A stretch of 49,446 nucleotides of DNA from Pseudomonadota bacterium (GCA_011046395.1 DSAQ01000131.1:1-49446); one strand, 5' to 3'. Counted from the first letter of the stretch, positions 35,992-46,922 are shown. Numbers and translations: made by a program. The notes: a model not told the origin generated them from the sequence alone.

Positions 35992-36393
35992 TCAAGTTGC
36001 CTCCTTTGTCCTGACGATCTTCCACAATTCTGTGAAAGCAATTACCATAATATTAATAACAATTACCGAAAGTCCAATAATTAGCCCTAAAGGATGTACC
36101 ATCTTATTCACTATCAGTTCATAAAGGAAGATTCCCATAATGATCAGGCGCAGATAATACTTGGCGTAGTAAATGGCCTTATGGCCAAAAATGACTTGTT
36201 GATCAAAGATCTTCCGGAGCGCCGTCTGAAGCCAGTAGAAATTAAAACTGGCTATTATTCCCCCGGCCAATATACCCAAAGCGAAATTTACTGAGACAAA
36301 GATGACCCCGAAGATAGTTAGAATTAGACATAATACCAGGCTGGAAACCTGTATTTTTTTTATTAATTGTGTTGAACACCAAAAATCTAACAT
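35992..36393 (-). CDS. atpI: ATP synthase protein I-like membrane protein
   Basis: 133-aa ORF with four hydrophobic segments directly upstream of atpB. Assigned by position and topology. Confidence 0.55.
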   Translation of the reverse strand: MLDFWCSTQLIKKIQVSSLVLCLILTIFGVIFVSVNFALGILAGGIIASFNFYWLQTALRKIFDQQVIFGHKAIYYAKYYLRLIIMGIFLYELIVNKMVHPLGLIIGLSVIVINIMVIAFTELWKIVRTKEAT

Positions 36394-36398
36394 AGGTG

Positions 36399-36623
36399 TT
36401 ATAGATCCTTACGCTTGGCCAGCCGCACCAGATTCCGAAACCCGGCTATGACCCCAAAAATAAGAAAAATAATGGTTAGCCAAGGTTTCGTGCGTCCACC
36501 AAACACGTACTCATCCAACGCGTAGCCTATAAAGAAACCGACAAATACGGAGGCTGCTATGGCTATGCCAATAGTGCTAACGTCTCCGATCAGCCCCAAA
36601 AGCCTTTTTAAGTCTTCCTTCAT
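36399..36623 (-). CDS. AtpZ/AtpI-family small membrane protein
   Basis: 74 aa with two TM helices and G-rich IGYALDEYVFGGRTKPWLTIIFLIFGVIAGF, typical of AtpZ. First gene of the F0 cluster. Confidence 0.6.
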   Translation of the reverse strand: MKEDLKRLLGLIGDVSTIGIAIAASVFVGFFIGYALDEYVFGGRTKPWLTIIFLIFGVIAGFRNLVRLAKRKDL

Positions 36624-36735
36624 TGGACAGCCTGCACAGTTGACTGCCGGGCACTATTTCAAATAGCAAGGCCAAAAAACAAGTTACTTGGTATCATAGT
36701 GACCCTATAAAGTCAACACTTTTTTGAATCGCGGT

Positions 36736-38019
36736 TCAGAAAATCTTCAAGCATGCCTCGGCGGCATTAAGCGTCTCATCAAGGTCTGCCTTCGTGTGGG
36801 CAAGAGAGATGAACAGGGCCTCAAACTGTGATGGGGGCAGATAGACACCCTTTTCCAGCATATTCCGATAGAACCGGGCAAAGCAATTTGTATCGCTGGT
36901 CAGTGCAGAACTAAAGTCAACCACCTCATTTTTTGTAAAAAATATGGTCATGAGGGAGCCAGCACGGTTGACCCGGGCCGGGATGGAATAGCGCTGGATA
37001 AGCTCATTGATATTTTCCCCTAAGTATGCGCCTTTTCCCTCCAGATCTTCATAAGTGCCTTTTTGGGAAAGTATTTTTAATGTAGCTATGCCGGCAGTTA
37101 CGGCCAGAGGATTGCCGGAGAGGGTTCCGGCCTGATAGACATCTCCCTCCGGGGCAATGCGCAACATGATGTCTTTACGACCACCATAGGCCCCCACGGG
37201 TAGCCCGCCCCCGATAATCTTGCCCAGACAGGTTAAGTCCGGGAGAATACCATAGTAGGACTGTGCACCACCCCAGGACATTCGAAATCCACTGATCACC
37301 TCATCGAAGATAAGTAGGACGCCGTGCTTTTGTGTGAGTTCCCTTACCGTTCTTAAATATCCCTCGCGGGGTAGGACCACGCCCATGTTACCGGGTACAG
37401 GCTCAATAATAAAACAGGCCACGTGCCGGCCTTCCTTTTCCAAAACTTTGGCTAGGGCATCGGCATCATTATATGGAATGGATATAGTATGGCCGGCAAT
37501 CTCTTCCGGCACGCCCGGGCTGCCCGGTATGCCCAGGGTGGCGACACCGGAGCCGGCCTTGACGAGAAATGCGTCTCCATGCCCATGATAACAACCATCG
37601 CATTTAATGATCTTCTTGCGCCCTGTATAAGCCCTGGCTAAACGGATGGCGCTCATGGTGGCTTCAGTGCCGGAACTGGTCAGTCGAACCATTTCCAATG
37701 AGGGAACGGCCTCTATGAGTAATTCAGCCAGTTCAACTTCGAGGAGAATTGGAGCACCAAAGCTAGTCCCATTTTCGAGCGCTTTTCTTAAGGCGGCGGT
37801 GACTTCAGGGTGGGCATGGCCGAGGATCATCGGTCCCCAAGAGCCGACACAGTCGATGAAGACATTGCCATCGACGTCGTATATTTTAGAGCCAGAGGCT
37901 CTGGCTATAAAAAGGGGATCGCATCCTACGGAACGGCAGGCGCGAACCGGACTGTTTACGCCTCCAGGGATAACATCCTTTGCCTTCGCGAAGTAGGCCT
38001 GGGAACGCTCTCTTTTCAC
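36736..38019 (-). CDS. hemL: Glutamate-1-semialdehyde 2,1-aminomutase
   Basis: Full-length HemL similarity. PLP-Lys region LTCLGKIIGGGLPVGAYGG. Confidence 0.95.
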   Translation of the reverse strand: MKRERSQAYFAKAKDVIPGGVNSPVRACRSVGCDPLFIARASGSKIYDVDGNVFIDCVGSWGPMILGHAHPEVTAALRKALENGTSFGAPILLEVELAELLIEAVPSLEMVRLTSSGTEATMSAIRLARAYTGRKKIIKCDGCYHGHGDAFLVKAGSGVATLGIPGSPGVPEEIAGHTISIPYNDADALAKVLEKEGRHVACFIIEPVPGNMGVVLPREGYLRTVRELTQKHGVLLIFDEVISGFRMSWGGAQSYYGILPDLTCLGKIIGGGLPVGAYGGRKDIMLRIAPEGDVYQAGTLSGNPLAVTAGIATLKILSQKGTYEDLEGKGAYLGENINELIQRYSIPARVNRAGSLMTIFFTKNEVVDFSSALTSDTNCFARFYRNMLEKGVYLPPSQFEALFISLAHTKADLDETLNAAEACLKIF

Positions 38020-38519
38020 ACCTGCTCCTCCCTGAAGTACCTGATATTAGATCTTTTTAATTCTTTTTCACTGAAGAGTATCTGATAGTCGGTTATGCCG
38101 GTCTTTTCTGCTATTTCCCGGGCCACAGCATGACATTCGGCGTCGGTTCTGCCGTGCACCATGGTATAAATGTTATAGGGCCATCCAGGTATTGTCCGGC
38201 GTTGATAGCAGTGGGTCACATTTTTAAAAGATGTCATGATCCGGCCCGCCTTTTCTATCTTCTCTTCATCTACATGCCAGGCGATCATGGCGTTGGCGGC
38301 ATATCCGGAGATCTGGTGCTGCAGTGTAGCACCAAAGCGACGTATGTACCCTGCTTGGCAAAGGTTTTTTACACATGCCAAAAATTCTTCTTCAGGCAGG
38401 CCGGCCCTTGCAGCCAGTATCTGAAAGGGTCTCTCTGCCGGAGGAATTCCATCCTGCAAGACCTGGATCACCATTTTTTCTTTAGAAGTAAGGACTGCTC
38501 TTTGGGGGACTGTGTCCAC
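38016..38519 (-). CDS. Siroheme decarboxylase subunit (second AhbA/AhbB paralogue)
   Basis: Lrp/AsnC-like HTH plus a NirD-like C-terminus (VTHCYQRRTIPGWPYNIYTMVHG). Overlaps hemL by 4 nt. Confidence 0.72.
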   Translation of the reverse strand: MDTVPQRAVLTSKEKMVIQVLQDGIPPAERPFQILAARAGLPEEEFLACVKNLCQAGYIRRFGATLQHQISGYAANAMIAWHVDEEKIEKAGRIMTSFKNVTHCYQRRTIPGWPYNIYTMVHGRTDAECHAVAREIAEKTGITDYQILFSEKELKRSNIRYFREEQV

Positions 38520-38521
38520 AG

Positions 38522-38794
38522 TTAAAGTTTTCCCATGATCATAGCTATGCCTAATAAAATAAACAGGAGGCCCGCACCCATTCGCATGTACTCCGGCGGA
38601 ACAATGTTCATAACAAACCCGCCGACCGTTACCCCTATTAAAGTGGATGCAATAAGGGCTAGGGAAGCCCCCAGAAAAATAGCCCAGCGCTTCTCACTGG
38701 AAGCAGCCAGTGAAAAGGTCGCCAGTTGAGTCTTATCACCTAATTCAGCAAGAAAGATGGCAATAAATGTGCTGGCGAAAAGCTTTAAGTCCAT
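38522..38794 (-). CDS. Half-size UPF0016 (GDT1/TMEM165) family cation transporter
   Basis: A single E-x-G-D-K-T motif (LAELGDKTQLATF) and three TM helices. Start ATG 38794 is preceded by GAGG; the ORF track extends to 38914. Confidence 0.7.
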   Translation of the reverse strand: MDLKLFASTFIAIFLAELGDKTQLATFSLAASSEKRWAIFLGASLALIASTLIGVTVGGFVMNIVPPEYMRMGAGLLFILLGIAMIMGKL

Positions 38795-38914
38795 AGCCGA
38801 CCTCAACGCAGAAGCTGGTCTTTCAGGTCGGCAATGTAACATAACTTTTGGTTTAAGAAAAGCAAAAGAGAGACCTGCTAAACGGAAAATCAAACCGGGG
38901 TAAAAATTTCGCAA

Positions 38915-38956
38915 GAAAAAGCCCCGGCCATCGTGAATAATGACCGGGGCTTTTCT
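38915..38956 (-). terminator. Rho-independent terminator after groEL
   Basis: agccccggtcattattcacgatggccggggct followed by ttttctt on the minus strand. Confidence 0.7.
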
Positions 38957-38980
38957 TCTCGTTACCGGGTTTTCTGTATC

Positions 38981-40956
<1,976 letters not shown>

Positions 40957-41091
40957 ATCTTCTTTCTCCCTTCTCTCTCCTTTTTTATTTGTTTAAGATG
41001 GAAGTCCCCTAAGAATTTAGCGAAGTCAATTAAGTCTGAGTGCGCCCTATCACCTCCTTGTGCAGAGCCGAATATGGCTATGGCCCTTTTA

Positions 41092-41118
41092 TTAGCACTC
41101 ACCTCAAGCGAGTGCTAA
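41092..41118. promoter_or_regulatory. CIRCE operator (HrcA binding site)
   Basis: TTAGCACTC-N9-GAGTGCTAA is a perfect match to the CIRCE consensus, about 135 nt upstream of groES. Confidence 0.92.
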
Positions 41119-41146
41119 TAATTAGCAGATGCCTCTAAAAATGCAA
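41119..41146 (-). promoter_or_regulatory. Candidate sigma70 promoter of groESL abutting CIRCE
   Basis: On the minus strand: TTGCAT, a 16-nt spacer, then TAATTA, immediately followed by CIRCE. Confidence 0.45.
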
Positions 41147-41452
41147 TTTTGATTTTATTTAATTATTAACAATAATATATAAAATTTAAACATAATATGC
41201 CATTATAAGCGAATTATCTTTAAATAATAATATTTTTGTTGCATTTTTGCTGTTTTTTATCAAGATAGCGTGGGGCATAAGTATAACTTTATGTGGCGTT
41301 CTCATCTGATAACATATCATATCTAGTTGTAATTAAGTGTAATTATTCCCTGATGGGATACTTACTGGAAAGGCATTTTTTCTGTTTGATTACCAGGAAA
41401 AGTGTGATATAGAGATTTTTTATGAAAAAATTGAGGAAGGTGAGCGGGGTAA

Positions 41453-42892
41453 GTGAAAAAGATTCTTATTGCTAATCGCGGGGAGATTGCGCTACGGATT
41501 CTACGTGCGGTGCAGGAGCAGGGGTTAATAGCGGTCGGAGTCTATGAAACTCCGGATAAAGAGGCGCGTCATATACGCGCGGCTGATGAGGCTATCTGGA
41601 TCGGCGAGGGACCGCGCAAGGACTACCTGAATATCGATAAAATGATCTGGGCCGCCCGTAAGGCCGGGGCCGACGGCATCCATCCCGGTTATGGTTTTTT
41701 GGCGGAGAACCCTGATTTTCCCAAGGCCTGTGAGGATGCCGGACTTATTTTCATTGGCCCGCCCGCAAAGGTTATTCATGCCCTGGGCAACAAGGTCATC
41801 GCCCGGACCATCGCCGAAAGCGCCGGTGTCCCGGTCATCCCGGGCAGTGAAAACCTTCCCTATGGACAGGAAGGGGAGGAAAGGGCCCTGGCCTTTGCCC
41901 GGGAACACGGTTTTCCGTTGATGCTCAAGGCCACGGCGGGTGGCGGCGGCCGGGGGATTCGTAAGGTAAATAACGCCAAAGAGCTGATAGATCAGATGCC
42001 GCTGGCCCGGGCCGAGGCCAAGGCCGCATTTAATGACGCCCGCCTCTATTTGGAAAAAGGTGTAATAAATCCGAAGCATATCGAGGTTCAGGTACTGGCC
42101 GATAGTTTCGGCCATATTATTCACATGGGCACACGGGATTGTTCTATCCAGCGGCGCAACCAGAAATTGGTGGAGATAGCGCCAGCCCTCATTCCTGACC
42201 AGACCCTTCTGGATAATATCTGTACTGCGGCCATCAAGGTAGCGCAAGAAGCCAATTATGTGAACGCTGGTACCGTAGAGTTTCTGGTGGATGAGGGCGG
42301 ACATTTTTACTTTTTGGAGATGAATACCCGCCTGCAGGTCGAACACACGGTCACGGAAATGGTCACCGGTATGGACATTGTCCGGGCCCAAATTGACATT
42401 GCAGCCGGGAAAAAGCTCAAATTCTCCCAGGAAGACGTCCACATCCGGGGCCATGCCATCGAAATGCGTATTAACGCCGAAGATCCTAAGAATAATTTCT
42501 TGCCGGAAGGCGGCAGGACCATAACGGTTTATAATTCTCCCGGAGGAGCGGGCATAAGGTTGGACGGCATTGCCTATCAGGGTTATGTCATCCCGCAGGT
42601 CTATGATTCGCTGTTGGTCAAGCTGACAGTGCATGGGTTTACCTGGAAGGAGGCCGTGGAGCGCATGCGCCGGGCCTTAAAGGGTTTTGCTATCGTGGGT
42701 CCCAGGACCACGATCCCCTTTTACCTCAACATCGTTAATGAGCCTGATTTCCAGAAAGGTATATTCAACACCAGCTATCTGGACCTACATCCCAATCTTT
42801 TTGAATATAAAGAGGGGGACCGTGAGGTAGCCAAACTGGCCAGGCTGATCGCCACTATTCACCATAAGGGTTTCAATCCCTTTGCTGCATAA
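41453..42892 (+). CDS. pycA: Biotin carboxylase (pyruvate carboxylase subunit A / AccC-like), GTG start
   Basis: ATP-grasp GGGGRGIR and EMNTRLQVEHTVTE. The assignment to pyruvate carboxylase rests on the adjacent carboxyltransferase-biotinyl gene. Confidence 0.85.
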   Translation: MKKILIANRGEIALRILRAVQEQGLIAVGVYETPDKEARHIRAADEAIWIGEGPRKDYLNIDKMIWAARKAGADGIHPGYGFLAENPDFPKACEDAGLIFIGPPAKVIHALGNKVIARTIAESAGVPVIPGSENLPYGQEGEERALAFAREHGFPLMLKATAGGGGRGIRKVNNAKELIDQMPLARAEAKAAFNDARLYLEKGVINPKHIEVQVLADSFGHIIHMGTRDCSIQRRNQKLVEIAPALIPDQTLLDNICTAAIKVAQEANYVNAGTVEFLVDEGGHFYFLEMNTRLQVEHTVTEMVTGMDIVRAQIDIAAGKKLKFSQEDVHIRGHAIEMRINAEDPKNNFLPEGGRTITVYNSPGGAGIRLDGIAYQGYVIPQVYDSLLVKLTVHGFTWKEAVERMRRALKGFAIVGPRTTIPFYLNIVNEPDFQKGIFNTSYLDLHPNLFEYKEGDREVAKLARLIATIHHKGFNPFAA

Positions 42893-42921
42893 TTCGCTTT
42901 ACAGAAGAAAGGGATAATAAG

Positions 42922-44826
42922 ATGGAGCACATTCGCCCGGGCATGGACACTAAAGATATCCTCAGGCGTCTAAAAGAGGCCAAAGGATATTTTATCACAA
43001 ATACGGCCCGCGACTTATCGCAATCTGACTTTAAGAACCGCATTTTGCTCCATACGGACTTATTAGCGGCCAAACCGCGGGATGCGGCCGGATATTTCTC
43101 CCTGGAGATAACCGGCGGGGCCTCAGTGCACGTGGATATGCTGCGCAAGCAGGTGAATCCCTTCCTTAAACTGGAACTCCTCAGACGCGAGATGCCGAAC
43201 ACGTTATTCCAGACCCTGTGCCGGGGCGTCAACCTATTCGGATACCGGCCGTATCCGGAGAATGCCATCCGACTGACGGTAAGGGAATTTGCCAAATATG
43301 TGGAGGTCTGGCGCGTCTTCGACTTTTTAAACTATATTCCCAACATGGTTCCGGTATTTGAAGAGGTCAAAAAGGCCGGAAAGATACTGGAGCCATCTAT
43401 TTGTTTCTCTACGGGGCCGGAACACACAGATGAATTTTATGTAGGTAAGGTGCGGGAGATATTGGACGTTACCGGCGAGGACATCATCCTGTGCATCAAG
43501 AATCACGGCGGCCTGGGGACGCCTAAGCGCCTCGGTGAACTGGTGGCATCCATTAAACAGAGGTTCCCGGACCTGTTAATCCATTACCACGGTCACAATA
43601 CAGACAGCAACGACGTGCCGCGTATTGCGGCAGCCATCCTTTCCGGGGCCGAGATCGTCGATGCCGCCGATCATGCCTTTACTGGATTTTATGGCCCGCC
43701 GCCGGTTTTAAGTGTTATCCAGACCATGGAGGCTTATGGTATTCGGGCCGCGGGTGTAAGCACTGATGCCGTTGTCGAGACCTCCGAGGCGCTGCGGCCG
43801 GAGCGGGCCGCCTATGCGGATTTTGAGTCCCAGTTCAAAGGTTTTGACTCAACCGTCCAGGTTCATAAGCTGCCGGGCGGGGCCACCGGCAGCAGCTTCG
43901 AGCAGGCGGTCAAGGGGGAATTCCTCCATCTCATGCCGCAGATTCTGCGCGAGGAATTGCCGCGTGTGCAGATTGAGTTAGGCAACTGGTGGAGCGTCAC
44001 GCCCGGCTCTCAAATCCTGTGGACTACGGCCGTCAATAACGTGCTCTCGGGGGAGCGCTATGAGAACGCCAGCGGTGACCTGAAAAACCTTCTCCTGGGC
44101 AAATATGGACCATTCCCGTTTTATCGGCCTTCCGAAGAAATTTACAAGAAGGCCTTTGGCACGGAGTGGAAAAAAATCCTCAAAGAGCAGGGTGGGTTGG
44201 CAAAGATAGAAGACATTGACCTGGAAAAAGAGGAGGCTACGCTCGTAGAGCGGCTGGGCCGATCGGTTACCAGAGAAGAGCTGGTGCTTTATTTGCAGCA
44301 TCCAAACGACGCCGTTGATTTTCTCAAGTTTGAGGAGGAATACGGCCAAGCCTACGTCCTTCCTCCACAAATCTGGTTCCGGAAAGGGGGTTTTAACCCT
44401 GGTGAACACCTTGATTTCGTGGACTATACAGGCAAGTCGCATGTGATTGAAATCGGGCCCTCGTATAGCTCCGAAAATGGTAAACAGACCCTTTACCTCT
44501 TTGTAGACCATCACTCCGAGGTCTTCTTGCTCGAGGAAGAAAAGAAGGCCGGGGTGGAGGCGGCAGTAATAAAATTGAGCAAAGAAGAGATCGCTTCCCT
44601 GGCCAAGGTAGGAGATATGCGGGCGCCTTTTGCCGGCAATGTATGCCAGATCCCGGTCAAGGCCGGCCAGGAAGTGAAAAAAGGAGAGCTTGTCATTGTA
44701 CTGGAGGCCATGAAGATGCAAAATCCCATAGAATCTCAACTTGAGGGGAAAATTGATCAGGTTTTTGTCAAACTGGGGCAGGCCGTACAGGTTGGAGATA
44801 AGCTGCTTACTATCTCTCCCTTATAA
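42922..44826 (+). CDS. pycB: Pyruvate carboxylase subunit B (carboxyltransferase plus biotinyl carrier; OadA/5S-like)
   Basis: TIM-barrel carboxyltransferase region (HYHGHNTDS metal site) and a C-terminal biotinylation motif EAMKMQN. Confidence 0.8.
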   Translation: MEHIRPGMDTKDILRRLKEAKGYFITNTARDLSQSDFKNRILLHTDLLAAKPRDAAGYFSLEITGGASVHVDMLRKQVNPFLKLELLRREMPNTLFQTLCRGVNLFGYRPYPENAIRLTVREFAKYVEVWRVFDFLNYIPNMVPVFEEVKKAGKILEPSICFSTGPEHTDEFYVGKVREILDVTGEDIILCIKNHGGLGTPKRLGELVASIKQRFPDLLIHYHGHNTDSNDVPRIAAAILSGAEIVDAADHAFTGFYGPPPVLSVIQTMEAYGIRAAGVSTDAVVETSEALRPERAAYADFESQFKGFDSTVQVHKLPGGATGSSFEQAVKGEFLHLMPQILREELPRVQIELGNWWSVTPGSQILWTTAVNNVLSGERYENASGDLKNLLLGKYGPFPFYRPSEEIYKKAFGTEWKKILKEQGGLAKIEDIDLEKEEATLVERLGRSVTREELVLYLQHPNDAVDFLKFEEEYGQAYVLPPQIWFRKGGFNPGEHLDFVDYTGKSHVIEIGPSYSSENGKQTLYLFVDHHSEVFLLEEEKKAGVEAAVIKLSKEEIASLAKVGDMRAPFAGNVCQIPVKAGQEVKKGELVIVLEAMKMQNPIESQLEGKIDQVFVKLGQAVQVGDKLLTISPL

Positions 44827-44827
44827 C

Positions 44828-44904
44828 AAGTTCTAGGTTCAAGGTTCACGGTTCCGGGTTCCACTTTCACGTTTTTAACCTTGAACCCTGAACTTTGAAC
44901 TTTG
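44828..44904. repeat. Inverted array of TTCANGG heptamers (long hairpin; probable terminator of pycB)
   Basis: ttctagg/ttcaagg/ttcacgg/ttccggg... followed by the inverted cttgaac/cctgaac/tttgaac. Same unit family as 490..589. Confidence 0.6.
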
Positions 44905-44934
44905 TCATTTTTCTGACTAAGGAGGGTTATTCCA

Positions 44935-45255
44935 ATGTCTCTGCACAAGAAAATTATCACATTATTTTTATTGGTTGTATTCGCAGTGTCTCTGGGTTGT
45001 GCAGCCACCTCAACCCGGGAAAGCACCGGCGAATATCTGGATGATTCGGTTATCACGGCCAAGATTAAGGGCCTGTTGGTAAAGGATTTGACCCTCAAAT
45101 CCTTCGCCATAAGTGTAGAGACCTTTCGTGGAGTGGTTATCCTAAGTGGTTTCGTGGATAGTAATGATCAGATTGATCGCGCCATCCAGATTGCCCGCGG
45201 GGTAAAAGGCGTCAGAGAAGTCAAAAGCCAGTTGATGTTGAAACCCAAATCCTGA
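44935..45255 (+). CDS. BON-domain lipoprotein (OsmY-like)
   Basis: Lipobox VSLGC. BON domain DSVITAKIKG...VETFRGVVILSGFVDS...AIQIARGVKGVREV. Confidence 0.8.
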   Translation: MSLHKKIITLFLLVVFAVSLGCAATSTRESTGEYLDDSVITAKIKGLLVKDLTLKSFAISVETFRGVVILSGFVDSNDQIDRAIQIARGVKGVREVKSQLMLKPKS

Positions 45256-45463
45256 TGAACTCGTAAAAAGTAAAATTTAGCGCTCGCAGATGCGCCGGGG
45301 CGTGAGAGGTCGCCGTAGGGGCAGGGCTTGCCCTGCCCAATAGGGGCGCAGCAAGCAGCGCCCCTATGTTGCGGGTTGCGGACTCTGCGGTTCCCCTGTT
45401 AACTTTCCCTATGGGAACCCTATTTAACAGGGTGAATCAGCGGTGAAAAGGCTTTTTTACGAA
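45253..45463 (+). mobile_element. MITE-like element, TCGTAAAAAG family, long copy with GC-rich multi-hairpin core
   Basis: The ends tgatgaactcgtaaaaagtaaaattta ... tcagcggtgaaaaggcttttttacgaa are shared with 49190..49316, and the termini are inverted. The core has hairpins gggcagggcttgccctgccc and ataggggcgc...gcgcccctat. Confidence 0.65.
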
Positions 45464-45487
45464 GCCGTCAAAAATTAACCGCACGGG

Positions 45488-46867
45488 TTAAGCCGGCGCC
45501 GAGCTAAAAATCTTCTCTATCTCTTCATCAGTAAGGATGCCCTTTTCTCTTGCCAGATCTTTTATGGGCATGTTCCGGGCAAAGGCCTCCTTGGCCAGGG
45601 CCGCCGCCCTTTCATAGCCTATGTATGAATTCAGGAGCGTGGCCAGGGCCGTGCTCATCTCGGCATAACGGCGACAGGTCTCGGGATTGGCGGTTATTCC
45701 TCGCACACAGCGTTCGGTAAAAATAGAGAGGGCATTCTGCAAGATCTGAATGGACGCCAATATATTATGAATGATAACGGGCATCATAACATTTAGTTCC
45801 AATTGACCAGCCTGGGCAGCCATAGCCACGGTTGTCTCGTTACCGATCACCTGAAAACAGACCATATTCATCATCTCTGCCATGACCGGGTTGATTTTAC
45901 CGGCCATTATAGATGAGCCCGGCTGAACGGCGGGTAGCGTGATCTCGGCCAGGCCGGTACGGGGGCCGGAGCTCAGCAACCGGAGATCGTTGGCAATACG
46001 GCTAACATTCAGTGCGCTAAGTTTTAATTGAGAGGCGATCGAGGCAAAGACATTCATATTCTGGGTCGCTTCAAAGAGGTCTTTTTTAGGTCTTAAGTCA
46101 AATCGGGTTAAGGTAGAGAGCCTCTCTATCACCATCTCCCGATAGCCGGGCAGGGTATTTGTGCCTGCCCCTACTGCCGTGGCCCCTATGCCCAGATATT
46201 CCAGTTCCTTCGCCGCATGGCGCAGCCGCTCGAAGTCATCCTCCACGGCCTGGCCATAGGCACGGAACTCATGGCCTAAGCGCATGGGAACGGCATCTTG
46301 AAGGTGCGTGCGTCCGGCCTTGATGATGCGGTAAAATTCTTCTCCTTTATCTTTCAGGGCCTGTGCCAGATACATACCCGCGGGATAGAGGCCCTCCAGC
46401 GCCTTTAGGGTGGCCAGCCTCATAGCCGTGGGGAATACGTCATTTGTTGACTGGCCCATATTTACATGATCGTTAGGATGAACTACTGTGTAGTCCCCCC
46501 GTTTTTTGCCGAGGATCTCAATAGCCCGGTTGGCTAAGACCTCATTTACATTCATGTTATGGGAGGTTCCGGCGCCTGCTTGATAGACATCAACCACGAA
46601 TTGTCCGGTAATTTTCCCCTCCAGCACCTCATGGGCGGCCTGAATAATGGCCTCTCCGGTTTCTGCTTTAAGCCCGCTCAGCGCCACATTAGTCTTGGCT
46701 GCCGCCAGTTTAATCATAACAGTGGCCTCGGCCATGAGAGGATGCATGGTTAGCCCGCTTATGGGAAAGTTTTCTATGGCACGCTGGGTCTGGACTCCAT
46801 AATAGGCGTCTTCGGGGATCAGCTTTTCGCCCAGGGGATCTTTTTCTATTCTGTATTTCTTATCCAT
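45488..46867 (-). CDS. aspA: Aspartate ammonia-lyase (class II fumarase/aspartase family)
   Basis: Signature GSSIMAGKINP. The N-terminus YRIEKDPLGEKLIPEDAYYGVQTQRAIENFPISG looks more aspartase-like than FumC-like. Confidence 0.7.
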   Translation of the reverse strand: MDKKYRIEKDPLGEKLIPEDAYYGVQTQRAIENFPISGLTMHPLMAEATVMIKLAAAKTNVALSGLKAETGEAIIQAAHEVLEGKITGQFVVDVYQAGAGTSHNMNVNEVLANRAIEILGKKRGDYTVVHPNDHVNMGQSTNDVFPTAMRLATLKALEGLYPAGMYLAQALKDKGEEFYRIIKAGRTHLQDAVPMRLGHEFRAYGQAVEDDFERLRHAAKELEYLGIGATAVGAGTNTLPGYREMVIERLSTLTRFDLRPKKDLFEATQNMNVFASIASQLKLSALNVSRIANDLRLLSSGPRTGLAEITLPAVQPGSSIMAGKINPVMAEMMNMVCFQVIGNETTVAMAAQAGQLELNVMMPVIIHNILASIQILQNALSIFTERCVRGITANPETCRRYAEMSTALATLLNSYIGYERAAALAKEAFARNMPIKDLAREKGILTDEEIEKIFSSAPA

Positions 46868-46894
46868 AAGTTGTTATAGAGAGAAAACTATTCC

Positions 46895-46922
46895 TTGGAA
46901 TCCGCTTTGCGTTCAATATAAT
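46895..46922 (+). promoter_or_regulatory. Candidate sigma70 promoter for the MFS gene
   Basis: TTGGAA, a 16-nt spacer, then TATAAT, about 60 nt upstream of ATG 46985. Confidence 0.45.

Noticed and set aside
34843-36623. Idea that the atpZ-I-B-E cluster belongs to an N-type (Na+) ATPase operon
   Set aside because: N-ATPase operons carry atpD and atpC first, plus F1 genes, in one cluster. Here only F0 genes are present, in the order typical of split F-type operons.
36697-36718. Rex-operator-like half sites TAGTGA ... TCAACA upstream of atpZ
   Set aside because: The spacing between the halves is 10 nt rather than 6, and both halves are mismatched to TTGTGA/TCACAA.
41525-42634. 369-aa ORF antisense to pycA; likewise 43978..44739 antisense to pycB, 8524..9267 antisense to rnfB, and 5963..6610 antisense to the permease
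   Set aside because: Each lies entirely inside a confidently identified gene on the other strand. They have Arg/Gly/Pro-rich low-complexity translations with no motifs and no SD. This is typical of shadow ORFs.
45270-45450. tRNA-like or ncRNA-like GC-rich multi-hairpin region
   Set aside because: No cloverleaf with acceptor or anticodon geometry could be drawn. The region is bounded by the shared termini of a repeat family, so it is better explained as MITE cargo.
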